From: Iphione sp. A-MEVVRFRX5
Taxonomy: Eukaryota
Direction of reading: 5' to 3'
Assembly (NCBI GenBank): GCA_976226885.1
Contig: OZ320317.1
Location: 78,864,001 to 78,928,000, forward strand
DNA: 64,000 nt
The position numbers and the translations under genes were made by a program. Each line of letters starts with the position of its first letter. Positions within the stretch are counted from its first letter, which is position 1. The notes beneath the pieces were generated by a model that made no database searches, was not told the origin of the DNA, and saw only the letters and a list, made by a program, of their open reading frames with translations. Below, piece after piece: positions 37,701-50,800 of this stretch.

Positions 37701-40700
37701 GGAGATTCGCCGGTTGAACCTAAAGAAAGGTTGGCAGTATGCATTTTTTAAAAGGGCAATTCAAAAGTTTTCTGACGACTTAAATGCATGCAGCGATTCA
37801 CATTGTATTACCAACAGAAATGACTAAAAAGAAACAAAAGTATAAATTTCTCCAGCAATTAGAGCTGGTTGGCCGTCAATCCTATCAGAAAGCGTTTTTC
37901 CTGCGTCCTCTTTTCTGTAAATCGTCTCTGTCACTTTTCCTCAAAATCAGAACTTTGAGTTTCAATACGAAACTCAAGCCGAGAATCATTAGCGTCATGT
38001 GAGACACGAAAATTTTTCCAGGGTAGCTATGGTGATTTTTGGAAAACACTCCCTTTATAACTAATACTTTCAGACTGCAGCACACGTGAAAGAAGATATT
38101 TGTTTCACAGTTGCCGCAATGTCTCCGTCAGAGGCTGATTGTGAGGTTATTCCTTCAAATAACGTATTCCAGGGATTATCCCCGAGCTTTTTTACTAACA
38201 GAACAGGAATTATTATTCCAATCAGCTCTATAAAAGACATCTGGGTATGTTTGTGCCTGTGGCACCAGTCTCTTCGCCATTGTTGACCAACACAGAATAC
38301 CGTGCTTCGGTATTCAGCACATGTGCATTTCCGCTGGCTTACAACGAGATCTTTGGGCGGCTTTCATATATCCTCGCCGTCCCTTTATGCATTCCCTTTG
38401 TCCGGGGATTCCATTTTGCCACCTCTTTACCCGTGCGGTTTCTCCACCGACCCATCCCTCACCACAAAGAGACTTTGTCCTCTCCCTCTCGCTCTCTCGC
38501 TCTCTCTCTGTAACTAAGGCGCCCGGTGACAGATCGCGCGTGTCTGTGGGAAAGAAGAGCGGCCGTGTGATATGTTGGGCCACAGCCAGCAGATCCTCTC
38601 CCCAAGTCAATGTCGAGGTGTCACGTCCGTCGATTCATCCAAACCCTCACACACATTCCCCGAAACCGCCACTCGGACACACCACACCATCTTACAGATT
38701 GCCCGGAGAGTGACTGCCTCGAAAACATTGGATGGAAGGTGGAAGTCCTACTCGACATGGAGATGATATTGTCAAATGCAGCTTTACGTCCGATTGAAAA
38801 AAAATGGAAATGTAATGCCTATGGCACACGGACAGTAGACTTGAATTTCAACTTCAGCTCATCTCTGCCAGGCCATCGGGGCTGTTTTGTTGTCCTTTTT
38901 CCACTCCATTTTTACTGCCCTGAACTTCATGAAGAGCATCCATGGGCAAAAAACAACACGACCGCTTTCTATCTAGAAGTATTGAGCCTCACAGATGGAA
39001 AAGAAAGCATAGAATTACGTGCCTATATGACGTTTAGGATATTTAGTCTTTGTAAAGGCTAAAAGGTTCTCGCTCAGAAAGTGCTACATACACTTGTCAA
39101 GAAAACATTCCATAGCAGCTAGGTGTAATATAAAATGTCCCTTCGCCCCTTAAATGTCTCTTTGACCTCAGGGGCAGGGGGGTGTTGTTTGATCTTCATT
39201 TTCGTTTTTCCTGTCGGTTTGCACAGTTGATGGGGTTGGGTCCTAGCTGTTGCATGTGTAGGGGGGATAGGGCCCACTATATACTGTAGAGAACCACCTA
39301 CCTGCAGGAGGAGAAGTTGCAATAAAAGAAACAAAAATACATGGTGATACAAAGTGTTTCTGTTATGTATAAAATCGTCAAGGGAGCTATTGACTGAAGT
39401 CACTTCGAGATTATTCATCATTACATACCCAGAACGGAGGGGCACTACATTTTGAAGCTTTACTAGACAGCGTGTGCGAGGTCTATCAGTGTGCCCTGCT
39501 CTAGTGCCCCAGGAATGCAGGTACTATTCTGTTATAGGCCTACAGATTTTGATGGAAGAAGTGGCAAAGTCCATTGCCCTTACCACTAATAGTGACCAAA
39601 ACCTTTTAAAGTCATACTGTTGTTCATGGGACTTATATTCCTAAGGCCTAGATTCATTCTACATTCGTCCAAAATTTTCGATTGCATCTTAGTCAAATTC
39701 TAATCTAACCCAATCCCCCAATTTCTTAAAATATGCTGCGGACCCTATAGCTTCAAAATAGGCAAGATATTTGTAGTTTAAGAACATATTGTCTTCGTTC
39801 TTCGTTAAGAGCATATTTTACTTAGGGGGTCTAAATTAACCACCCTTCCCCTCTATGAGACAGATAATTCATTAAAGCTGTACATTTAGTGCACAAATCA
39901 TTTCAGTCGTTATATGAGCAAAATACTTGACACTGATTTGGCTATAAGGGGAGATTTCACCAGAACTGCGACTGCTGCTCATAGCAAATTTCTCCCAGCT
40001 GATATAAATTATTACTTGTTTTGATATGCCTACGTTGCTTCAGTATTAGAACAGCAGGTCACTCGAACCATTGCTGATAACCATTAGCGATCCCTTTGAA
40101 GAGAAAGCTTCAATGGGCTTAGGTGCAGCTGGCGTAAAAGGTGTAAACGAGGCGAGACAGATTCCTCAGTAAGTATGATGTACACCTGGCTGCACTGCTC
40201 TCTATGTGAAAAGGTCTACACGAGGTCTTGTCTCAATGGGAGCAAAATTCCTCCAGCTAAGGATAAACCGGTTTAACGTGTCATTCTGTGAGGCATTGCT
40301 CGGTACCTAGCGTACTTTCAAGCTCCTGTAGGGTCCAAAGCTGGGAATGTGGGCATGAGATTTCCATCTTAGGATGATTTCTTCAGTGGCCAGGTTTAAC
40401 TTGAAATAAGATGACCGAGTAGTATGAAGGGTTTAACATTAACCAAGAGCGGGTTTTCGTTTGAAACACGGGTGGCTTTGTACCTTCGTGAGGTTCACCC
40501 TTTTCTGAGCTACTATTCCCTGAGAAAGACAACTCGTGATTAGCAGGAAAATGGCCCTCACTGATGCAGTAATTGTCAAATGCCACACCAACATCCCTGT
40601 GAATTGAACAACCGCGACTCTTATTTTTACGGACGAAAGGGGTAGCATTCATTGTGTATGTGAATGTGTCTCTGGTGTGTTGTGTGTATCTCAAAGGGAG

Positions 40701-41989
40701 CGTCCCAGATTTATGTAAGTTGATGTGAACATATTGCAATAACAATGATGGTGCTGCCATTCAGTAATATATTGGCAATATGACTACTTGGACATCACCC
40801 TAAAGGAAGGCTTGCCACACGAACCGGCGTATTCGTGGCGTTTACATTAATTCAAATCTGGCGAGGGGAAAACACTTACAAGAAGTCCAGCGAAGTTGTT
40901 CTTACAGAATCAAATCTCGACAGCAACTTTATTTGAGAGACTTGCCAAGTAATAATAATCCGAGCGGGAGAAGTGAAACATGAACTTCAAGATAAATACC
41001 AGAATCTTGATAAATATTCTGTTTTGTACTTTCAAACCTCGCCGTAACCGAGCCCTGCATCCCACAGATCTCTGTATTGATAACAGGCCAAGACTGTTAC
41101 AGTAAGCTGGAGTCTCTTCTCATAACGAGCAATCTTCTCTTTAACATTGTTCCTTTTTACCAACAGACTTTACATTAATTCACTACAAATCAAATGTTTT
41201 TCTTTAAAATGATCTTAATCCTTTGAAACAATTATATATTTAATTTTTTTATGCAATGCACTGGAAAAGACGATTCTTATGCGATCATAGGATTTCATGT
41301 AACAGTTCTCAGCTTTGACTCACTGTTTCTTTGCACGAATATGGAATTGTGATGGATTTTTGTTCATAAAAGTCATTCTAAGACGGTAGGACTTTCTTTA
41401 AGAAGAACGTACATGTATATACATGTACAATCATGATTTACTTTAATCGAGATATCAAGGACCAATGTCTTTTATGGTTTACCGATAGAATTTTATCTTG
41501 ACAATGTTCAACTCTGAATGTGTCCTCATAAAACATGTTATTTTTAACTTATGTTATGAGCATTAGTGTAGTGTATGGAATTTTCTTCAAAAAGTTAGTT
41601 GAAGCATGCACTGTTAACGTTATTTCGCACCTTCCTGTGGTTTCCCCGGCGGTATCCATTCAATCAAAATGTATCTCCCATGTGCATATATGACTGGCGT
41701 TTAGTCTATTAAGGATTTGTCCAAACTTTTTAGCCGGACATGTTTCGTTGCTCAGGAACCCCGGCCAATAAGGTTAATATACAGGTATACACACATATAT
41801 GTACACAACCATCAGCATGCAGCTTGCATGCAAGTACACACAGACTCACAGGCGTGTAAGCCTTCAGACGCAAGCAAACATGGACTGACAAATACAACTG
41901 GTCACACCCACGAGGCATTTACATACGCGCATGTATGCAAACATACACAACGACGTGTATACTCACATACAGATATACACCCCACAAAT

Positions 41990-42520
41990 AAACAACCCAT
42001 ACCGTCCCCGGCAGCTATCAGGCCAGCTGTAACAAAGGGGACCAGCCGTGGCAGCCGGGGATGATGATCCATGACAGTGTAGCCGCCACCGCTCACCCTT
42101 TTAGGCGGGACGGGGCGGAAACGCCGGGTCTTCGCTCTCACTTAACCCGTCCATCGCTCGGGCGCCGCCCACGGACGCGCACCACACTGGGCCTGCCACC
42201 GATGAGGATAATGATGAGAAGGTGTCGGGGGGAGGAGGGCTGACTCGCAGCCTCAAACACGGCGCGTATACAACATGAAAGCCGGCCCAACTCATGCAGG
42301 CCCGCTGCTGCGCGCAGTCAGGTTTAGCCAAACAGGAAAGCTTTCTGGGGCTTCTTCCACCACGGCCGCCGGCGACGGTAACTCCGTCTACGAAGCACAT
42401 ATTAAATCATCCGCCATGCTTGACACTGTGAAACTGTATGTTCTTCTTCCAGCGATGAGAAGACCAGAGCCATTAGCAGATCCAGGGCGGCCCGCGTGCA
42501 AATAGCAGGAATTCGCATTA
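41990..42520. promoter_or_regulatory. GC/CpG-rich non-coding block
   Basis: Local CpG enrichment with GC boxes (GGGGCGGA) and no credible coding signal. Confidence 0.3.
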
Positions 42521-44099
42521 TCAAAGAAAAACCACCGCAACAAATACCGCCTTTGTTAGGCACCCCGCATGACGAAGTTCCTTTCATGAGGCACGCATTA
42601 TTGTATGTCCATTTATTAGACGGCGAGCCTAAAGAAAAGGGAAAAGGAGAATGCGCCTCTGCGTCATCTAAAACCCATCATGCAGCAATAAACAGAGGGG
42701 ATCGTCGCGAACTCGTTGGAAAGTTGCGGGTGCCTCTCCGGGGAATGCCACTGGTGTTCCCAGATTAGTATCCTGCCCACCCCTAGAAGAGCTGATCTCA
42801 TCGGACGTATACGGCGAATCAGAAAATCCCATCAGAGATAGGTCATGCAGATAAGGCAGCCGGACTCCAATATTAAACGTCTGAGCACTTTTAGATGAAT
42901 GGGAGTTTGTAGAACTTGAGCTCCAACATGAATCTCTCCCGTATCAAAGTGAGTACCTTTTACTTGCATGAGTTATGCTTTCGGGTGGCAGGACTAACAG
43001 AGTCTGCGGGTCTGACATAAAGGAGCTGGTGGTGCCCGTCGATAGGTCAGCCGGGTCAGGGTCGGGAAGTTTGTGTTGTGTTTGAGTGTTGGGGCCTGCC
43101 GATAAATTTCAAATGCACAACTGGTGAGAAATCCATACGTGTCTGTTTACTGGACGTACTGGATAGATACCATAGCGTCATAAGTTCGCATGTTGCCCCT
43201 TTCCTGGCTTTTCGGTCCCTCTGCCCCCCCCCACACACACACCTTATCCCCCCCGCCTTTTCCATCCCAAAGCACCGATGACATGCCGATCCGCAATGAC
43301 CCGCCTCAACCTCGGGAAGCTCAATGAAAAGGGCATCGGTGTAAATCATCACCCACATTCAGCAATGCGCCGTGTAGGGCGCACCTGACACTATAGGCGG
43401 CATGCGAGTGAATGGTGGCTTTTGTTAGGCACAAGGGTTGTGGGCCTGGCCATGGTGGAATGGGTGTGTCTGGCAGGGAAAGAATGGGGACCTGGGAAGA
43501 AGGGGGGGGGGATTTGGACATGGAAGATGGGGAGGATGGGGAGGAGTAGGGGGTGGGAGGGGCCACGCCACAGACGGAGTACAGGTCAAGGGCTGTTCTG
43601 ACCGGAGGATGCAAACGCGGGCGAGAAAGCCTTTGGTAGGGGTGGTGCATCCCATTAGCCTCTCTCATTGGCAGAGGCGGAAGGGTTACTGACCAGTTAT
43701 GGCGCCGCTATACTGACGCCCGGTTAAGCGTCAGCTGCAAGTGGAGCGTGTATTGCTGACAAGGGGAACAACAAGTGGGAATTGCCTGGGCAATGATGAC
43801 GAGGAGTACGTGACTGACAAAAGAAGCAACCATCGAGGGAAAACACTCATCTTTAAAGGTACCCTTTTTTCTACAAAAGGATGTTTTTTTTCTGTACCTT
43901 TAACATTGGCCACCTAAAAGCCGCATGGTGAAAGTCCAATTCTGACAGCTTTTCAGTCCGAGGCCCACACAGGGGAACAGGGCTCAGGAAAAGAAGCAAT
44001 CCCCCCAAAAAAGACACCTTTCTTTGAAAAAGGGGAAAAATAGGGTGAAAGTTTCAATCGTCCAACAAGAAATAAGACCCCAGGGCCCAGAGGTTTCTG

Positions 44100-44830
44100 G
44101 TTTCCCAACTCAGGCAAGCTTGGCGGTCAACTGCCTGACCCGGCCGTCCGCCCAGTAGTGGTCAAGGCGGCCATTGCTGCGCTGGTGAGGCCTGGATGAT
44201 GTGCTGGGGTGGGGTCGGAAGGTCACTGCCGTCTTGACGTGGCCTCTCATCTGGCGCCCGGCCGCAGAGCGCGCCCCCGACTAGGAAGGTGCTGAACGCC
44301 CTTTAACCCAATTGCTCGTTGGAACGATGCGATCTATACCCAGCTACTGCAGTGGTGGCTACTTTGCTTCAGGAGGAGGCCTTTCCTTGGGAGGCCGGTC
44401 GGTCAGTCTGTTGGGTAGACGGTCGGTAGTTTGGGTCGCACCTCTACCCTGCTCTCCCCCTCCCCCAAACCACAGCTTCCGCCTGCCCGTCCGACCCGGA
44501 ACGAATAAGAGGCCTCATCTGCCGGGAAGGAATGTGGAAAATCCGGCGTAAACAAAACAAGCCCACGCCTTTCGCTTTATGAGACTTTATCATGATTGTA
44601 TTACCCAAGCCTAGGATCCTGCAAGCCACGGATGCTTCGGAGACCCTGCCTGCCGGGGCATACGGGCCGCCGGCCCTGAGTAGCTCAAGTCAGGCCCGGA
44701 AGCTGGCAGCGCTGCGGGGCAGCATAAGTAGTATACGGCTGCGTAGGCCTTAACGACGGCCGTGCCATCCAAATCCAAAAATACGTGCTGACTAACAGGT
44801 TTTGCGGCCGTAAACCAGCGCTCTAGCATG
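44100..44830. promoter_or_regulatory. GC/CpG-rich non-coding block
   Basis: Local CpG enrichment. Nuclear-receptor-like half sites GGGTCG-GA-AGGTCA near 44212-44225. Confidence 0.3.
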
Positions 44831-47800
44831 GCAAATATCCAAGCAGTTGTGTCCCTAGGCGGCCCTGCTCATGTGTCAGGCTGGGTTGGAAGCATGTAGG
44901 CAGCGTCGGCGCCACCTCTTGCAGATTGTATTTATCTCATCTATGGCACTTTATGCGATCAGCAGCAAAACTAATGTGATCGTGTCGTGCTCGTTGCGAA
45001 AAGGAAAGAGTGGTATCACTGTGCTGGAGCCCTCCTGTATGACGCATTGCCTACAGTGGTAACAGTGTGAGACATTTTGATCATTTAGGACCAGTCAACG
45101 CATTGTTGGGCAGTAGCGAGTGGCTGGAGACAGAGGGACAGACACCTCGTACGACAGGGAGGACAAACGTTATTCATTGCCGGAAGGGAGGAGTTCTCAG
45201 TATTTTCATTTGTGAAATTCACTCATCCAAACCGAAACCAGTATTGGGCTCCCTCATTTTTATTAAGATTACGCTCCGCTGATCATTTTATTAACGTCTG
45301 TGTGGAGCCAGTGCAATTATGAAACGTTTTACTAAAATAGGAATCCTCCAAAAATCTACGAAAAACAAGATTTGTGGAACTGAAATTCTCTGACGTTCAT
45401 CATGTTTATATTCCGCTGAATCATCGCCTGACCTCAGAAGCCACGCAATCCCGACGGGGTGTCCTCTGATTTCTATTGCCTCTTTTTCGAGTGTTTTCCA
45501 ACTTTCGTGTGGAAGAGAACTACATGGACCGACTAGCTCTCCATGTCATTTATTTTAAGTAAGTTTTGTTTCATTATTTTTGATGAAGACACAAGAGATG
45601 CGTTTAAAATGTGATTAATTCTACTGCGTTTTGAAAGTGTCGATAAGAGATTGTACATTGTATCTATTCATACTGCGACATTCGTCCTACCAACCAATCA
45701 GCTACGCTTCTCAAACCCACGTGTCTATTAGTGATATTAAATTGTCTTAAATCTGACCGATTCAGCGTCAAAGACATGGCCTTCGTGCGAGTCGCTCCCC
45801 AGATCCGCTCAGTAGAAATAAATTCGATATGGTATGCACAAGGTCGCCTAGTTTGACACAATGATAGATGTATGATGAATTCGGCGCCAGGAAGACATGA
45901 TGAATCACCTGACGATGGTGCCTCAGCGCAAAGTTAGCACTAAGATCTATACGACCGGATAAACACGCACTATCATTAAGGCCCATCAGATAAATTCTAG
46001 GCGGTGCTAATGAAATCATTTTATGGCGGGCCACTAAAAGGCAGGATGGTACGCATCGATAAAATGCCACACACTGCGCTGTATTTCAGCATTGCATGAA
46101 AGGATGTAAGAGAGGATATCGCTGAATACACTACACACATGGGACCAGCCATGTCTAACATTTATATTTATTGTCATTTCCTTTATTGTACACGATGAAA
46201 TATTTCTGTGTACCCCTCAGGAAAGTGGGGACCACTTTGTAAGCAACATTAGTTTTGCTCTGCAATGCACTCTACTCCATGAACTGCCAACGAAAATGGG
46301 AAAGGAGAGGATTGCTATGAATTTTGTAGTAGCACATCGTAAATTATTCACCTCTTGTATATTTTTCAAGGGTTCGAGGATTTAAGGATTTCCTACTATG
46401 GGTCCGTGTTGTACAACACAGTTTTACATTGTTGACAAAGAAACATGTACGAGCAAAAATTATTAATCAGTGCAGCGTATATAAACACTAGTCACATGTA
46501 TTGAGCAGAAAAATACAGTATCTACAGAATTATTTTAATCCGGAATAACACGGAATCAGCTGCATGCTAATCACGAAAGACAAGAATCACACATCTGCAA
46601 AATATAATGAAAAGTGCACTTTCACAGCATTATACTACTTATCACAACAACCAGTAATGACCACAGGAGAAGCCTCTTTTGTCGTGGTAAAACACTGCAC
46701 ATTTACCATATGAATGTCTTGTGAAACAGTTTACTCATTGAATAACTAAAATGGTGACAAATGCCTAAAGTGCTAGCAGAACCAAATATATTAGACATAG
46801 GTCAAGATACACATCACGCACATTACTCTCTGTGAGTTCAATACATTTTTTTATGCGTTTTTTATATGAAAAAGGGCAATGTGGTTGTTTTCTGACGGAT
46901 TGTGTCAGTACACAGCCTACTATTGCCATATCGTGACCAGATCAATTTTATTATTGCCGTGGATTAATCTTCGTGTACTCAGGTAGCTGATTCCATTTCC
47001 AAAGACACTAGAATGGACAAAGAAACACCCTCACCTTGGATCTGGATAATGGCAAGCAGCTCTTCCTGTCGTGAAAATTAACTGTCCTACACACCCAGGT
47101 CCAGCAATATGATTTGACCAGGGACACGATGACCTCAATGGCCTGCTGGCTAATTTGGACATCTGTCATCAGTACCTTTAGGTTCTTCACAATCTTTGAT
47201 GCAGATAGGAATTTGGCGCTCATATACCAGCCTGACACACCTCTTAATGCCGACTGCCCAAATAGCACTATGGCTTTGTAGGGGAGATGTGGCAGCACTA
47301 GGGTTTGTAGTAGGAGAAGTCTCATTCACGAAGGTAGTTTCCATTTTACCTTGGTCGACATGCTTGATAGCATCCACATCCTTCTCTTTGTTTCTCCCGA
47401 TGCTGCACTCCCATCAAGCCTGTCGTCAAACCCAAGACTATCCATGTAGCGCAGTGCTTTGTAAGTGACATCGCTTAGTGCACTGTCCAATGGAATACGC
47501 TTGGCTCTGCTGGTTGTCATGTACTGGTAATTCTCTGAATGTGCCAACAGCCAGGAGCAATCCATCCGTCTATCTGTAGAGCAGAGCCACGTGACTGGGG
47601 ACATCCAAGACAGAGGACACGCATAGACTGGGGACATGTTTGCCTAAACAGAATCATATCTTGTTCATACGTAGTACGATCTTTGCCCGGCGACACTAAA
47701 TGGGGTTGTAATTTATATAATGTTAGACAATTTGTCACTCCATCACATTACATACAGAATATCATACTGCTGTCCTATGAACTTCTTTAAGAAAATTTAC

Positions 47801-50800
47801 AACTGTAGGACGACACCTTGTGTTCAGGACTGAAGAGTATCTGTCTTTATTTACTTCTCTCTCAACATTTTTGCATGCCGTAAGATATTTTTAAAATATC
47901 TCCATATCTCGCTGTACTCCACATTAAAAAAGCGTTTTGCACACGTGTCAAGGCACCATTTATGTACCACGTTTAACTCACCATGCCGCTGTCTGGAACA
48001 ATATCTATTGAGGCGTAGTTATATGCACCTCGCTTCACCTGACCTCATCATTCAGCTAAAGACAATACGCTCGTGGGCATTATAGCTCGGACCCTCTATC
48101 CAACTCTCCAGACCGGCAGTCACCATTGTGCTCCGGGCGAAAATAGACCGTCGTTAATGCTTTTGTGTTGTGTGCAAATTTGCCATAATAATCGTCCGTG
48201 ACAGCGACGTGTGTCCTTAGCATGCTTGCGTCATGGGAATTTCGTGCCACTACGCGACAAAGCAATACTTTCCACAAACGAAGGGTTGATGGTCTTTAAT
48301 GTGTCTTTAAGCGTGAAGTTAGATGGACATAAATTGTATTCACGTCAGAAAGTTATAAATATGTACGTCTCGTCTTGTTGAAGTAGTCCATTAATCATTA
48401 ATGCATGGCCTGCTTGAATAACAGGACCTGAAGTTTAAATCATCCGATATCAGCTTGCATACTCTTCGAGGTACAAAACGGAATAGCTAGTAGTATACGT
48501 AGAATTTGAAATACATGTATGTTTCTGAGCACCAATGTAGATCGCAGCAGAACCGTAATGAATAAAGTGAGCTCTCGTAATGCTGTATCATCGGAAACAA
48601 AAAGTAGATACAAATCTATAAAAGTAGCCTCGTAGCATAAATAAATGAAAACATTTAAAGTACATGCATACCATTCAATATACAGATAAAGAAATACTGC
48701 AGGTGGTTGGGGGGGGATGAACCGACACCATCTCTAGAAGGTGGAGGCCACACGCCAATTTATAGGAATCCTTTTCGTTTTATCTTTGCTTACTTGGAAT
48801 TATTCGAACGAACCGACTTGGTCGAGAGCAATTATCCTCGTGTATGCTTTAGTTTACAAATGTCATGAAAGAGAGAATTTATTTTATAGTTTTGGTGCCG
48901 ATGAGGAGAGGGCATCAAAAGCAATATATTCACTGTAGAATGTGATTTATTGGTACATAGACGATGGTAATTTCAAAACGAGCATGATGATGATTTACCC
49001 ACAGAGAACGGGACACTTACTGTCATACTGACATATACGTTGACTTTGGGATATTGGTTCTGTCTTTTGCATTAGTTCTCCTAAAGTACCATGTCACTGG
49101 GTCTATATAATCAGTGTTGCTAATTCCACAGGAGAACCGAGCATTTGCAGTTAACAAACAGAGAGCAAGATTTAATCATGGGATGTAGTTCGAGGCTGGT
49201 GTAACTTATTGGTTTTTCTCAGTTTTCTTCAGCAGAAACCTACTTCATGGATGATGGAGACACCAAAACATCGCAGCTACCGAAGGACCGCCGGGCAAGT
49301 AAACCTAGAGGAAAGATTCTGTTTATTTCTACTTCTGCTTGTTTCTTCCCTGCTCGTGAGGTCGCAGTATGAGGCAAAGGATTTAGTTGAGAGTAATTTA
49401 ATGCGTCAGTAAGCACACTCGAGACAGCTCCTGTAAGCCTTCGATAATGAGCTAACTTCACAGGAGAGTCCTTCGCAACCCAGGGAAATTTGATGTGGGT
49501 AGATCTCCTCAGGGAATCAACGAAGCTCGCGTATGACGGCATCTGCTACTCTTGTAGCAGTTTAAGTGGTACTGGAAACCCGCTTCATTGCACTACAAAA
49601 TGATACAATATATTTAGTACTATCACAAATCAACTCCTAGAAATCATGCCCTGAATCATGCCATGAAACCGATTTTTGGAGTAGTATATTGCTCAGAATG
49701 GCTGCTCGCTTGGACTGATCTCATCTGTCCTCTTACACTTGGCACTTTGTCTATGAGGACAAACTTCTAATTGAATGCAACGCATGGGAAACAAACAAAA
49801 GGGGGGGGGGGTTGCCCGGTGGATTACCTTGGCTGGGCCGGTGTTGTCAGGGTCTCAGGGGAGGGCTCCCCTGGCTCGATCATTACACGGCGCCACGTGT
49901 GCTCTGAATCGGCCATTCTTCACGCGGGGATCGTATACCTGCTGAGGGACGGCTCTATCACCGACACCCGACCCGTCCCCCGAACCCGAGTCTTCATTAT
50001 TCGCACACGTATCCGGCCAACTACTTTAATACGATATTCGCCTTTGCTCAACACAGGCGGGACAACATTTGCCTTCTCAGCTCACTCCCGAGAAGTCTTG
50101 TGAGAAGAATCCTTCCGGCTATGGTCTCTTGCATACAAACAGCCCGTGCCCATGTTGCGCCCCACCTCCTCGTTGATCTACAAATATGGCTAAAACTAGT
50201 GCTTTATCATCTATATTACTTTTAGATGGCTCAAAGTACGTCCTCATGTTTCGATCCGCATTAGTGGGAGCCTTTTTCCGCACTCGATCTTACCCTACAG
50301 GAAAATTATGCTGCCGCCAGTAATACAATTTTCCGTGAAATGTTGTATCTATGAGTCGAGGCGCCCGGTGGCCAGTCTCCTAGATAACCGTACCATCGTG
50401 ATTACAGATTCAGCCCAGGCCTTTGACAAGAGATGCGGTCTACCTCCATATCCCGAGGGGCGGGGTTAAGGTCGAAGGTACTGGCCGGCCACCTATTCTT
50501 GGAAAGCCCACATCCCGCTAGCAAAATGGCGGTCAGGCCGGCAGCAAATGGGTCCCGTTAACTGCAGCACATTTTATTTATGTGCCACGTGAAAGGCTGC
50601 CGCATGGTCACTATGTTCATCCACCTCTTTTTGACAGATTGTATCAGCTGCAGAACACAGTACATAAAGATGACCAACTTCAGCGCGCAAAAGTTGTTAA
50701 TTCTTAAAGTTCCCCGATATTGCCCACAGAAAATCTCTCTAACTTCGTCGTTCTTTGAGATGGAATATCATGAGGCGGATTCACAATATTTAACGCGTTT

